A stretch of DNA of 59,094 nucleotides, taken from the sequence record SRR20825019_1943; one strand, written 5' to 3'. Made by a program: the position numbers and the translations under genes. Positions 39,648 through 50,210 of this stretch are shown piece by piece (within the stretch, counting starts at the first letter, position 1; each line of letters begins with the position of its first letter). The notes under the pieces were generated by a model that did not search any database, was not told the DNA's origin, and saw only the letters and a program-made list of their open reading frames with translations.

Positions 39648-39731
39648 AGCTGTTTCTCCGTCTAACCTTCGATCAATGGCGCGGCCCACCCTGCTGCCCC
39701 TGGCGGTTTTGCAGAGCGGGCCGCGTTGGCC

Positions 39732-41195
39732 CTATACCTTTTCCGACATCACCGGAATCTGCTCTTCCTCCACGTCCGGGGTGGGCGCCGCGCGACCGTA
39801 CCGGTCGTCCAGGCGTTCAATGTCATCCTCGCCAAGGTAGGCGCCGGACTGGACTTCAATCAGCTCCAGGGGAATGCGGCCGGGATTGAACAGCCGGTGT
39901 ACCGCGCCGATCGGTATGTAGGTGGACTGGTTCTCGGACAGCAGGAACGTTTCCTCGTCACGGGTCACTTCGGCAGTACCCTTGACAATGATCCAGTGCT
40001 CAGCCCGGTGATGGTGCTTCTGCAACGACAGCTTCTCGCCCGGCTTGACGCTTATGCGCTTCACCTGAAAACGGTTGCCCATGTCGATGCTGTCGTAGCT
40101 GCCCCACGGGCGATACACCTGCCTGTGCGTGCGGGTTTCCGAGCGCTGGTCACCGTTCAGCCGCTTCACCAGTTTCTTGACGTCCTGCACCTTGTCCTTG
40201 TGGGCAACCATCAACGCATCTTTGGTGTCGACCACCACCAGGTCTTTCACGCCCAACATGGCCACCAGCTTGTCCGAGGTGTGCACCAGGCAGTTGTTAC
40301 TGTCTTCCAGGCAGGCATCACCCAGGATGGCATTGGCGTTCTCGTCCTTGTCGGTCACATCCCAGATCGTGGACCAGGAGCCAACGTCGCTCCAGCCTGC
40401 ATCCATCGGCACCAACAAGGCTTTCGATGTTTTCTCCATCACTGCGTAGTCAATGGAATCGTCCGGGCAATGCTCGAATATCTCGGCGGGAATACGGGTG
40501 AAATCCATGTCGCGCTCGAGGCTTCGGGCGGCCAGAAGACAGGTGTCGTAAATGTCCGGGCTGTGTTTCTTCAGCTCCGCCAGGTAGCTGTCGGCCCGGA
40601 ACATGAACATGCCGCTGTTCCAGTAGTAACCACCGGCAGACAGCAGCGCGGCGGCTTTTTCGGCGTCCGGCTTCTCGATAAAGCGGGACACCGGCCGGGC
40701 AGCGCCGGGCGCCTCTCCAGACTGGCCCGCAGCGATATAGCCGTAGCCAGTCTCCGGCCGGGTTGGCGTAATACCAAACAGCACCAACCCTCCGGACCTG
40801 GCGGCTTCCTGCCCCTGGGCAACAGCCCGCTGGAACGCCTCGACATTTTCAATGGCATGATCCGCGGGCAACACCAGCATGATGGCTTTGGGATCTTTTC
40901 GCGCCACTTCGATAGCGGCCATCGCGACCGCCGGGGCGGTGTTGCGGCCAAACGGCTCCAGCAGTATCGACAACGGTTGACGGCCTATGGCCTCCAACTG
41001 CTCTTTGACAATAAAGCGGTGCTCATCGTTGGCCACCACAACCGGCGACTCGGCGTCGTCGACCGGCAGCCGGCACAGAGTTTCCTGCAACATACTTTGT
41101 TCCCCCACCAATGGGAGGAACTGCTTGGGATAGGCCTGGCGCGAGAGGGGCCAAAGCCGTGAACCGTTACCACCTGAGAGTATGACTGGAATCAT
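39732..41195 (-). CDS. algA: Mannose-1-phosphate guanylyltransferase/mannose-6-phosphate isomerase
   Basis: ILSGGNGSRLWPLSR..PKQF, EPFGRNTAPA, WNSGMF, RPWG, cupin HHRAEHW. Confidence 0.95.
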   Translation of the reverse strand: MIPVILSGGNGSRLWPLSRQAYPKQFLPLVGEQSMLQETLCRLPVDDAESPVVVANDEHRFIVKEQLEAIGRQPLSILLEPFGRNTAPAVAMAAIEVARKDPKAIMLVLPADHAIENVEAFQRAVAQGQEAARSGGLVLFGITPTRPETGYGYIAAGQSGEAPGAARPVSRFIEKPDAEKAAALLSAGGYYWNSGMFMFRADSYLAELKKHSPDIYDTCLLAARSLERDMDFTRIPAEIFEHCPDDSIDYAVMEKTSKALLVPMDAGWSDVGSWSTIWDVTDKDENANAILGDACLEDSNNCLVHTSDKLVAMLGVKDLVVVDTKDALMVAHKDKVQDVKKLVKRLNGDQRSETRTHRQVYRPWGSYDSIDMGNRFQVKRISVKPGEKLSLQKHHHRAEHWIIVKGTAEVTRDEETFLLSENQSTYIPIGAVHRLFNPGRIPLELIEVQSGAYLGEDDIERLDDRYGRAAPTPDVEEEQIPVMSEKV

Positions 41196-41276
41196 CGTTC
41201 TGCTCCTTTGCTCTACAAAGACGTACCACAGGGACGTCCGTTGGCGTATTAATCTGGACCCTTGAACCAGGGCCCG

Positions 41277-42467
41277 TTAGAACCGTTTACTTAGGGTGAT
41301 GTTGCTGGGTGGATCCGGCTGCGCGCCCTCGGGCCACAGCGGGTCAATGCCGTACAGATAGGAAATATCGCCACCCAGACGGGTGGATTTCATCGGCCGA
41401 AGTTCATCCAAAAAGGCGGGCATTCCCTCAACAGGTCCCCAGGCGGCCTGCCAGGGTTCCATCCAGGCCAGGGACCAGGCCTTATAAAGCCCGTCGACAA
41501 TCTGCTCGTCTCCGGTGATGTCTTCAATTCGTTCCGGATCATCCAGCCCCGCGACGACATTTCCGGCCATTTTCGTAAACTGGTCCTGGTAACGCTCGTA
41601 AACAGAGTTGCCATTAACCTCGGCAAACAGCGCGATCATGGTCAGGGGCTGCATGGCGTAGTTCATGTATTCCAAGGCCCGGGTCTCCCGGCTGAGTTCC
41701 TTGGGCAGGTAACCGTCCTCATTGATCTGCCCCATGGCTTCATCGAACTTGGCCAGCGACCAGTTCCAGTCGTCGCAGTCCTGGGTTGCCACCGATGCCG
41801 ACATCACGGCCCAGGCGGCCCAGTAATCATGGTTGTTGACCTTCTTGGCTTTTCGATCCGTGTAGTAATCACGGACCCCATCACTCAAGCGCAGAAACCA
41901 GTCTTCAATTCGGCGCGCCCGCTCCAGGTCCATGGCGGCCTCCGGCGCCGACGTCCACATCCTGAGATAGGCGTTCGCAGCGGCTGCCAGTGCCCATTTG
42001 CGTACCGCCTGACCGACGTGATTGATGTCATCCGTCAACAGGGCATCCGATGACGCCCACGCGTCGAGGTTGTCCAATACGCAATCCAGCGCTTCGGGGC
42101 CATCGCCATCAACCTGGTAGTCATCGGCGGCAGCGATAACAGCCTTCTCGAAATCACGCACGTTGCTGGTGGCCTTCTTGTACTCTTCATAGGCCTGCTT
42201 GTTCAGATTGTTGCGAGCGCTGTCACTGCCCTTGTACTTACTGGTCAGCGACAGCGAGCCGACGTGCGGCTCCACCCGCTCGCAGTCGTAGTCACCGCCA
42301 TCCTTGTCTTCCGGCGTCTGGTAATAGCCCACCGGAGCACGCAGTTGTCCGTTCAGGCACTGCCCGGCGTGAACGCTGCTCACACCAAAGACGGCGGTTA
42401 TCGCCGCAGACAGCAGCACCCGGCCCCATTGTCGATGTTCAGAGCGTTGTTGGATTCGCATAACCAT
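41277..42467 (-). CDS. algL: Alginate lyase AlgL (PL5)
   Basis: Signal peptide; SKYKGSDSAR, RKWALAAAANAYL, NNHDYWAAWAV, LPKELSR, RLGG. Confidence 0.9.
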   Translation of the reverse strand: MVMRIQQRSEHRQWGRVLLSAAITAVFGVSSVHAGQCLNGQLRAPVGYYQTPEDKDGGDYDCERVEPHVGSLSLTSKYKGSDSARNNLNKQAYEEYKKATSNVRDFEKAVIAAADDYQVDGDGPEALDCVLDNLDAWASSDALLTDDINHVGQAVRKWALAAAANAYLRMWTSAPEAAMDLERARRIEDWFLRLSDGVRDYYTDRKAKKVNNHDYWAAWAVMSASVATQDCDDWNWSLAKFDEAMGQINEDGYLPKELSRETRALEYMNYAMQPLTMIALFAEVNGNSVYERYQDQFTKMAGNVVAGLDDPERIEDITGDEQIVDGLYKAWSLAWMEPWQAAWGPVEGMPAFLDELRPMKSTRLGGDISYLYGIDPLWPEGAQPDPPSNITLSKRF

Positions 42468-42494
42468 CCTCTCTATGCGTTGGATGAATGTGCG

Positions 42495-43919
42495 TCAGAT
42501 GTCCTGACGGCGACAGATTTTCGTGGTTACCGTTAAGCCTTCCGAGACCTGCTCCGGTTTCAGCGCGAGGTCCAGCGACATGAACATTTCATCGTTCCAG
42601 TTCGGCCCTTCCGGGAGCTCGAAGACAAACCGGCCAGGGGTCTCAACCCGATCGCCGTACTCCATATCCACGCGGTCCTTGCGCCCGAACACGTACCAGA
42701 TGAAGGCATCAACCTCTTTCACCCCCGGGTCACTGAACTGCAGGTCGACGACGTATTCGTTGCTCGGCATTTCGATGAACTGTCCACCGCCGTTGTAGAG
42801 CACTTCGGTGGTCCCGGCCTTGACCGGCGTGGTTTTCTGCAACACCGGCTCCTGGCTCTCACAGGCACCACTGATCATCGGTGTGACCTGCCGATAGAAC
42901 TCCGCACTGTCGAGGTTGTGGTAACCGGGCACCTCCCAGATCATGATCTTGGGTGGCGACTCCCGGAAGTTGTCGGAAAGCAGATATTCGAACATTGAGC
43001 CGTCGTAGCTACCGCCGGCAACCGCCACGTTGAGCACCTCGACACCCAGAAACTCCTGCAGCGCCCCGACAAAGTTGTAGTCCTGGGCACCCTTACTGTT
43101 ACTGGTGCCCACCAGGGTGATGGGGGGCAAGTCCTGGTCGCCAAACAGGGCGCTGGCTTCAGCGGATTGGCCGGTACCGGAGGACTCGGTGCGAAACTCG
43201 TCCACGTACTGCGAGCCGTACTCGAAACCGCATATCCGTTTAACCGCGTCCTGAAGCGACCCGTCCTTTCGGATCAACCCGGACCGACGAGTCACGAATT
43301 CCTGCTGCGACAGCGACTGATAGGCCGGCATGTCCTTGATTCGCTCCGCCACGACCTCCGCGGTCCGCCGGGCACCATAAGGTGTCCAGTGGTGATCCCG
43401 CTTAAAGAAGAAGGCGTCTTCACGTGTCTCTTCGTCCAGAAGGGGCGTCAGGTCTGGAACCACCAGCCCTGCCTGGCGAAAACGCATCAACGCGTCAGCG
43501 TAATTTTTACGGGCCACGTTCCAGCTGAACGGCACCGGCGATGTCGCGGGCAGATGATTGGGATGAACCAGGCCTTTTGTCGGCTGAAACACCATCACCA
43601 ATTCGGTACCGGTGGTTTGCTTCAGGTGCCTGGCAAAGCGCTTCAGGTGTTTCAGGCCTTCCAGGTTCGGCCCGAACTGCTCAACCAGTTCCGCTTCCGA
43701 ACGGAACAGCCAGCCGTCTTTGCCCTGAACCAGCATCTTGAAGTTCTTCAGATAACCGGTGTCGTAGCTGGATGGGTATGCCGTGAGTGGGCACAGGTCA
43801 CAACAGCGTTCGATGTTGTACTCGGGCAGCTCGGCGGCGCTGGCCTTTACACCCGCGACGCTGAGCAGCCCGAGCGCAACCAGCGCCCATAATCCACGGC
43901 CTCTGAACACCTGCTTCAT
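42495..43919 (-). CDS. algX: Alginate O-acetyltransferase AlgX
   Basis: CCDLCP, DHHWTPYGA, LVGTSNS, C-terminal CBM-like domain ending KICRR. Confidence 0.92.
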   Translation of the reverse strand: MKQVFRGRGLWALVALGLLSVAGVKASAAELPEYNIERCCDLCPLTAYPSSYDTGYLKNFKMLVQGKDGWLFRSEAELVEQFGPNLEGLKHLKRFARHLKQTTGTELVMVFQPTKGLVHPNHLPATSPVPFSWNVARKNYADALMRFRQAGLVVPDLTPLLDEETREDAFFFKRDHHWTPYGARRTAEVVAERIKDMPAYQSLSQQEFVTRRSGLIRKDGSLQDAVKRICGFEYGSQYVDEFRTESSGTGQSAEASALFGDQDLPPITLVGTSNSKGAQDYNFVGALQEFLGVEVLNVAVAGGSYDGSMFEYLLSDNFRESPPKIMIWEVPGYHNLDSAEFYRQVTPMISGACESQEPVLQKTTPVKAGTTEVLYNGGGQFIEMPSNEYVVDLQFSDPGVKEVDAFIWYVFGRKDRVDMEYGDRVETPGRFVFELPEGPNWNDEMFMSLDLALKPEQVSEGLTVTTKICRRQDI

Positions 43920-44578
43920 ACCGATGTATCCACTCGGTTTTCAGCGACAACCAGCCTCGGCTCGCCACCAACGTCGATGGCAAATACGCTGAATACCTTG
44001 CCGCGCTGCAGATTGACTTCACTGGTGGTTGCCAGCGCCTTGTTGCTTTGGAAAGCGCCCAGCGCAATGCTGACGGCGTTGATTTCGCGATTGGCCACAT
44101 CAAGGGAGCCCACTGCATCAATCACGGCTACCTTGCCGTCGGACGTCTTCAGAGTGACCCCGCTATTGCTGGTCAGGTTGTAGAATGAAAGCAGTGCCTT
44201 GCGAGGGTTGTCGAAGGCGACATCCTTCATCACTTTCATCTCACCGGAATCCAGTACAACCACGGTGTAGAACTCGTTCTTTTTCATGTTGACGGACGTC
44301 TTCTGACCGGCAACGTCCACCTGATAGTTACCCTCAGAAAGGTAAATGTAGGGGCTCGCCTCCAACGGCGATACTTCCTTGATCACCTTGTCGCCCACAG
44401 AGGCGCGAGCAATGGCGCCGCTGGCATCCGCGTTCACCACGCGAATGAAGGCCGCCCCGTCCGGTGCCTCTGCGGCATAAAGCGCGTCCTCGCCGGCCTG
44501 GGCCATGTTCATGGAGACCAGCAAACTGCTGATCAGGGCAAAAAAAGCGGTATGCATCAGTGCTCTCATTTTCATCAT
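43916..44578 (-). CDS. algF: Alginate O-acetylation protein AlgF
   Basis: Signal peptide; ALYAAEAPDGAAFIRVVN, KALLSFYNL, LKTSDGKVAVI, REINAV. Confidence 0.9.
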   Translation of the reverse strand: MMKMRALMHTAFFALISSLLVSMNMAQAGEDALYAAEAPDGAAFIRVVNADASGAIARASVGDKVIKEVSPLEASPYIYLSEGNYQVDVAGQKTSVNMKKNEFYTVVVLDSGEMKVMKDVAFDNPRKALLSFYNLTSNSGVTLKTSDGKVAVIDAVGSLDVANREINAVSIALGAFQSNKALATTSEVNLQRGKVFSVFAIDVGGEPRLVVAENRVDTSV

Positions 44579-44580
44579 CC

Positions 44581-45741
44581 TCAGGGGTTGGTTTCAGAAC
44601 GGCTATCCGCTTGCGCGGTCAGCGTGTTATCAGCCCGGCGGAACCAAGCCTGGGCCTGTTCGGACTCCAGTGGCTGTGCCAGGTAACGCTCGGGAAATTC
44701 CCAGATCACCAATTGCGGCGGTTGATCCCGGAAATCGGAAGAGTTCAGGTAATCGATCATTGGTACGATAGGGCCGTCGCCTTCTTCGGCCACGTTGATC
44801 AGGTCCTGCCCCAGGTGCTTTCGCAAGGCGCCGGGGAAATCCCACTGTTCATTGGCGCTGTAACTTGTGCCAACCAGAACGGTGTTGGTGACGTCATCGC
44901 CAAACAGGGCGCTGGCGTTCGCCTGGCCGTCGTTCTGGGCGCGCGTCGTTCTCGGTTCCAGTTGGTCAGGTGCAGGACCGAAGTCGGTAAACGCTGGCTC
45001 CACTGGAATGTAATTGAGCAGGTCACCACGGTGCTGGACCGGTTGGCCAATGGATGTCACAAAGCTCTGCTCGCCCCAGGAAAGGCCATTGAAGCGATCG
45101 CGGATGAACTCGGCAGCGCCTTTCGCGTAGAGGTTTGCGCCGTTCGGCGACCAGTGGGTGTCAGTTCTCAGGAACACCGATTCTCCATGACGTGTCGCCT
45201 GCTCCAACAACGGTTTCAGCTCCGGCGCGGGAATGCCCGCTGTCGCCAGTGACTGCTGGAACCGGTCGTACAGTGACATCATCGTCGGTTCGGGCTTCGT
45301 ACTGCCCAGCATGTCCGAATGGATTCGGGCCTTGGCGGGCACCACCAGCACAACCAGCGGAACGCCCTCGGCCAACAGATAGTCGGCGACGCGCTGTACA
45401 CGACTCAGGTTGCGATCGACCACCTCGCCGTCACGGCTGGCCGGGTAGATTTCCTCATCGGTAAACAGCCACTCGTCTTGTCCCACGACAACGCCTTCCC
45501 GGCCCTCGTCAAAGAGCGTGTAGTTGATCGCGGCCCAGAGATTGGTTCCCAGATCCTTCGCCGGGAACTGATCGTCGTAATGGCTCTCCAGGTTGCGGGC
45601 CAACTCACCGTTGACCGGGCTCAGCCCTGTTTCGGCCTGGTAACCCAGCAAGGGCCGCAAGGACAGCACACCCAGAACCAGGACCAGCGCGATGAAGAGA
45701 ACAGCTGTGATTCGTGCAGACGTTTTAGTCATCAAATCCAC
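44581..45741 (-). CDS. algJ: Alginate O-acetyltransferase AlgJ
   Basis: N-terminal anchor; NLWAAINYTLFDEGREGVVVG, FLRTDTHWS, LVGTSYSA, WEFPERYL. Confidence 0.92.
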   Translation of the reverse strand: MDLMTKTSARITAVLFIALVLVLGVLSLRPLLGYQAETGLSPVNGELARNLESHYDDQFPAKDLGTNLWAAINYTLFDEGREGVVVGQDEWLFTDEEIYPASRDGEVVDRNLSRVQRVADYLLAEGVPLVVLVVPAKARIHSDMLGSTKPEPTMMSLYDRFQQSLATAGIPAPELKPLLEQATRHGESVFLRTDTHWSPNGANLYAKGAAEFIRDRFNGLSWGEQSFVTSIGQPVQHRGDLLNYIPVEPAFTDFGPAPDQLEPRTTRAQNDGQANASALFGDDVTNTVLVGTSYSANEQWDFPGALRKHLGQDLINVAEEGDGPIVPMIDYLNSSDFRDQPPQLVIWEFPERYLAQPLESEQAQAWFRRADNTLTAQADSRSETNP

Positions 45742-45743
45742 CC

Positions 45744-47162
45744 TCAGAACTGGAAGTACAGGAACGGTGAGAAACTCTCAGCGGACAGTTTCAACACGGC
45801 GAGCGCAAACACCGGAACCAGCAACGGCGCAGCGGCGGACCGCCAGCCGGACAGGATGGGGCCAACCTCACGATGCCCGAGCCGATCCTTCAGCCCCATC
45901 ATCGCGATCACTCCGAAAGCCAACACCAGGATCGCCAGGTTCAGGTCCCGGATGCCCTGGACAAAAACATCACTCAGGCCGGCACCGTCGAAGCTGAACA
46001 TGGCACCGTAGAAACCGAAGGCCTCGGTGAGCGTGCTGGCCCTGAAGGTGACCCAGCCGAGCATCACGAACAGGAAGGTCAGCGCCCACCGGAAAAACCG
46101 GAACCCGGACGGGCTGCCCGACACACCCAGCGCCCTTTCCACCGACAGCAACAGACCGTGCCAGGCACCCCACAACAGGAACGTCCAGTTGGCGCCGTGC
46201 CAGAGGCCGCCGAGCAACATGGTGAGTAGCAGGTTGCGATAAGTTTTGACCGTACTGTTGCGGTTGCCGCCCAGGGGGATGTACAGGTAATCCCGCAGCC
46301 AGGTGGACAGGCTGATGTGCCAACGACGCCAGAACTCGGTAATGCTCTGGCTGATGTAGGGCTGGTTGAAGTTCTCGTTAAACCGGAAGCCCATCATCAG
46401 ACCCAGGCCGATGGCCATATCGGAGTAGCCGGAAAAGTCGAAATACAACTGCGCGGTGTACGCCAGGATGCCCAGCCAGGCATCCGCCGTACTGGGGTCA
46501 GACAACGCAAAGGCACTGTCCGCCAGCGGCGCTATCGAGTCGGCGATAAAGACTTTCTTGATGAAGCCCTGCATGAACCTGAACGCGCCCTCACCGAACT
46601 TTTCCATGGTATGGGTGCGGTAGGTGAACTGATCCGCCAGGTCCTTGTAACGCAGCACCGGCCCGGCAATAAGCTGGGGGAACAACGCAATGAAAGCCGC
46701 GAAATCAATAAACCGCCGGGTCGGTTCCGTATCCCCTCGATAGACATCCACCACGTAGGAAATGGCCTGAAAGATGTAGAAGGAAATGCCGATGGGCAGG
46801 ATGATATTCGCCAGTTCCAGCGGCTGACTGCCGGCGCTGACCAGCAGGTCGTTCAGGCTGTCGACACCAAAGTTGGCGTACTTGAAGTAGCCGAGCGTCG
46901 CCAGGTCACCACCAACACCGATGGCAACCCACTTGCGAGCACTCGCGGTGCCAACACCGGCGCGGTGTATTGCCAGGCCGATGAAATAGTTCCAGAAGGT
47001 CACGGCCACGAACAGCAACAGGAAATCCACCCGCCACCAGGCATAGAAGGCGTAGCTGCCGATCAGGATAACCAGTGAGCGGTGCCTGAACGGTGTCAGG
47101 TAATACAGCCCCAGGAAGGCGGGCAGGAACAGAAACAGGAAGATATTGGATGAAAAAACCAT
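45744..47162 (-). CDS. algI: MBOAT alginate O-acetyltransferase AlgI
   Basis: MVFSSNIFLFLFLP, LPIGISFY, FDFSGYSDMAIG, EFWRRWHISLS, GLWHGA, SPFLYFQF. Confidence 0.95.
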   Translation of the reverse strand: MVFSSNIFLFLFLPAFLGLYYLTPFRHRSLVILIGSYAFYAWWRVDFLLLFVAVTFWNYFIGLAIHRAGVGTASARKWVAIGVGGDLATLGYFKYANFGVDSLNDLLVSAGSQPLELANIILPIGISFYIFQAISYVVDVYRGDTEPTRRFIDFAAFIALFPQLIAGPVLRYKDLADQFTYRTHTMEKFGEGAFRFMQGFIKKVFIADSIAPLADSAFALSDPSTADAWLGILAYTAQLYFDFSGYSDMAIGLGLMMGFRFNENFNQPYISQSITEFWRRWHISLSTWLRDYLYIPLGGNRNSTVKTYRNLLLTMLLGGLWHGANWTFLLWGAWHGLLLSVERALGVSGSPSGFRFFRWALTFLFVMLGWVTFRASTLTEAFGFYGAMFSFDGAGLSDVFVQGIRDLNLAILVLAFGVIAMMGLKDRLGHREVGPILSGWRSAAAPLLVPVFALAVLKLSAESFSPFLYFQF

Positions 47163-47163
47163 G

Positions 47164-48756
47164 TCAGTTCTCCGCCTGCGTAACCTGGCCCGACACCACA
47201 GCCGTGGGCTCTATGAATACTGCACGCCCCTGGTTCCGTAGTGCGTCAAAAATCTGCATCTGGTATTTGCCAAGCACACCCTCGAAGTGGATCCCCACGT
47301 CTGACCTGGGGAATCGCATTCCAACGTCATAAATTGCGATGTAAGCAGGGTTGTCGGTCGACAGGGGGCCGCTGGCGTTGGAGGCTAATTCGCCGCCCAC
47401 CACGTTCATCGACACCTCGTAGGAGTAGAAGTCTTCTTTGAAATTACGGTCGGTGGCGGACAGGTCTTTCAACTGACCATAAATACCCCAGGTGCCGTTG
47501 AGCACCGCAACGTTGTGGTAGACATTCACATTGCTGCTGTTTCTGACACGGATGCCATTGCGCAGATTGTTCATCAACCGGTTGCCCCAGAGCAGGTTGT
47601 CCGGCGACTCGTAGAGCCCGATACCGTCACCCTGGTTGTCATAGGAAACGTTATTGGCCACCACGTTGTTGGAGCTCTGACGGTCCAGAACGATGCCGGA
47701 TAGCCCGTTGTCGTAGCTACGGTTGCCAACAATCCAGCTGTTATTTACCTCGCGGGAGATGATGATGCCGTGCTTCTCACGGGTGCCATAAACCTCGTTG
47801 TTGGCAATCAGCAGTCGGCTGGAGTAGTCATGGGGGTCGATGCCATACACGATGTTGTCTCGGTAGACGTTATCGACGATGGCAACGTCTTCCGCCTCAT
47901 AGCAGTAAAACCCGTAGTAGAGATCCTCGAAGGTGGATTCCACCAGCCAGGCATGGGGCGCGCTGCGCTGCAGACGGGCGTTGTCGTACTCAGAGTACTG
48001 GGCCACGGTAAACCCATAGGATTTACTCTGGAGATAACCCAGATTTGCCATGGTGGTGCCGAGAATAAAGTTCTCGCTACCGCCCCAGCCCACATAGAAC
48101 GGACGGAAGTTGCTTTTCTTCTGGAACGTGGCCGGGCCATTGGCCTCCTCGCGCCAGCCAATAATCTTGCTGTCAATGGCAAACAGCCAGCCGTCGTTGG
48201 CAATAAACGAACCACGCTCCTCCGACAGCCGCAGAGTCTCATCGCGCAGAACCAGGGTGGCCTCTTGTTTGACCGCCAGCGGCAAACGAATGATGTAAGT
48301 ACCATCGCCGACCTGTTCCATGTAGCGACGATCATTCACCTGCCGATAGACATCCTCCAGCGTCACCTTCCCGCTGTTAACCATAATCGCCTGAGGATGT
48401 GAAAACTGACGGATCACCCACTCGCGCGCCCGCCCTTCGTCCACGAAATCCCCCAGTGCACTGACCCCGCCCATACGTTCCACCGTTACATTCGGTGCGG
48501 AATCCTGCCGACCGGCAAGCTTTGCCTCGATGGCGTCACGGCTATAGCCGGATACATCAGGGATCTCAGGCTCAGGCAAATACAGCTCCTCGCCAGACTT
48601 TATCTCGATGCCATAGTCTTCCTCCAAGGGCGCAATCGCCGGCGGCGCATTTACCACATTGCCATCGTCGGCGCTGGCTGCAGCCAACGCATTCAGCGGC
48701 AATATGAGCGCCGTGGTAAGAAGGCAAAAAGCCCATCGGGTTTCCAGGATTTTCAT
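47164..48756 (-). CDS. algG: Mannuronan C5-epimerase AlgG
   Basis: YYGFYCYEA, YGIDPHD catalytic motif, KHGIIISREV, beta-helix repeats. Confidence 0.93.
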   Translation of the reverse strand: MKILETRWAFCLLTTALILPLNALAAASADDGNVVNAPPAIAPLEEDYGIEIKSGEELYLPEPEIPDVSGYSRDAIEAKLAGRQDSAPNVTVERMGGVSALGDFVDEGRAREWVIRQFSHPQAIMVNSGKVTLEDVYRQVNDRRYMEQVGDGTYIIRLPLAVKQEATLVLRDETLRLSEERGSFIANDGWLFAIDSKIIGWREEANGPATFQKKSNFRPFYVGWGGSENFILGTTMANLGYLQSKSYGFTVAQYSEYDNARLQRSAPHAWLVESTFEDLYYGFYCYEAEDVAIVDNVYRDNIVYGIDPHDYSSRLLIANNEVYGTREKHGIIISREVNNSWIVGNRSYDNGLSGIVLDRQSSNNVVANNVSYDNQGDGIGLYESPDNLLWGNRLMNNLRNGIRVRNSSNVNVYHNVAVLNGTWGIYGQLKDLSATDRNFKEDFYSYEVSMNVVGGELASNASGPLSTDNPAYIAIYDVGMRFPRSDVGIHFEGVLGKYQMQIFDALRNQGRAVFIEPTAVVSGQVTQAEN

Positions 48757-48765
48757 GAGTTCTCC

Positions 48766-50205
48766 TCAGAACCGCTTCGACACGTCTACAACTACCCGAT
48801 GCCTGGCGTCATCTGCGTCCTCGCCGTAGGCATCCCCTGGCATGAAAACGCCACCACGCAAACGGACATCAAACGCCGCCCAGGAGGTTGAAGCGCTATC
48901 GCCGTAGTAGCCCAATACCAGATCCACTGATTGGCCCAGGTCATCACTGCTGCCGGTAAAGCCTGGTTCGACCAGGTCGGAACGCACGGCGCCGTTCTCA
49001 TCACTCAGCCAGTAACGGTGGTACAGCAGGTTGGCGTCCCAGGTATCGCGGTCAGACAATGCGGTGTAGAAGGTCAAGACCCGGATATTGCTCCACTCCG
49101 GTTGAATGGCTTCACCAAACCGCGGCACCTGGGAGCGGGTTCCCGTAAACCTTGAGCGGTTGCTTTCCAGGCTGGTTTGCTGAAAGGCATCACTTTCGCC
49201 AGGCTCACCACCACCGGACGCAACGGCACCGTGAGCGCCGACAACCCAGCGGGGCGTATCCAGCAATTGGGCACGCGCGCCCAGGTCTGCCGCCCAACCG
49301 GAGACATCGCGTTCACGATCGCTGAAGCCATTGGGCGCACTGGGGTCTGTGCCGATCACAGTGTCCGTACCATTCACTGCCGCAACCGACGCGAAATACT
49401 GGAACGTATCGTGGGAGTGCCAATCGAAATAGCTCCGATCCGCCTGGACGGCCGTCCAGGTCAGCGAGTCCGTGAAACCTTCATCCAGCGTCTGGCCTCG
49501 CAATGCGTATTCTTCAGCCTGATCTCCGTAGCCCTGGCCATGGGTCACCAGGAAGCCCAGGTAGTGACCTTTCCGCCACTGCCAGCGTGTATGGGCAAAA
49601 AATCGAGCAATGTCCTGCTCTTCGTCCTGAAGTTCGTTGTTGTCAGTCCGCAACTCGGCGAACTTCTGGGCGACACCCACGGTGGTGTCCAGCAGCGACG
49701 TGTTGAAGATCCAGCGCGTGAGGGTAATATCGTCGTCCCACCACATACCGCTGTTTTCCTTCAGACGCTCACGGCCAAAGCGAATTGACTCCCCGGGATA
49801 GTCGCTCAGGCCGTTGTAATCCAGCCAAGCCTCCCTGAGCGCAAGAAAGCCGTCGGTGGTGGTCGTGCCGCCGATTTCGTCGCTAACATCCACCTGACCG
49901 GTTGCGCCAAACGCCTGCAGACGCAGTTTTGAGCGCCAGTGAGGTGACAGTTGCCAGACCCACTCGGGCTTGATGTCGAGGCCAGCTTCGTTGGATTTGG
50001 TCTCGCCATTGGAGCCCAGTCCAAGGCGCCGGTCGCCTTCGCTGATAAAACTGAGCTTGGACTTTATGTTCTGTTCAACCAGCCGCGGATAACTCTGGTT
50101 CGCCTCGTCTGTAGACTGCGCTACGGCGGGCGCTACGCCGAGTGATGCCAGGCAACTGACAGAGAGTGCGAGGCGAGTTAATCGATAGTTCGTTATAAGC
50201 TGCAT
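48766..50205 (-). CDS. algE: Alginate export outer-membrane porin AlgE
   Basis: Signal peptide; LALREAWLDY.GL.DYPGE..RFGR, FQQTSLESNRSRFTGTRS, GGVFMPGDAYG, C-terminal Phe. Confidence 0.92.
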   Translation of the reverse strand: MQLITNYRLTRLALSVSCLASLGVAPAVAQSTDEANQSYPRLVEQNIKSKLSFISEGDRRLGLGSNGETKSNEAGLDIKPEWVWQLSPHWRSKLRLQAFGATGQVDVSDEIGGTTTTDGFLALREAWLDYNGLSDYPGESIRFGRERLKENSGMWWDDDITLTRWIFNTSLLDTTVGVAQKFAELRTDNNELQDEEQDIARFFAHTRWQWRKGHYLGFLVTHGQGYGDQAEEYALRGQTLDEGFTDSLTWTAVQADRSYFDWHSHDTFQYFASVAAVNGTDTVIGTDPSAPNGFSDRERDVSGWAADLGARAQLLDTPRWVVGAHGAVASGGGEPGESDAFQQTSLESNRSRFTGTRSQVPRFGEAIQPEWSNIRVLTFYTALSDRDTWDANLLYHRYWLSDENGAVRSDLVEPGFTGSSDDLGQSVDLVLGYYGDSASTSWAAFDVRLRGGVFMPGDAYGEDADDARHRVVVDVSKRF

Positions 50206-50210
50206 TGAGC

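Noticed and set aside
39726-41162. 478-aa plus-strand ORF
   Set aside because: Antisense shadow of algA
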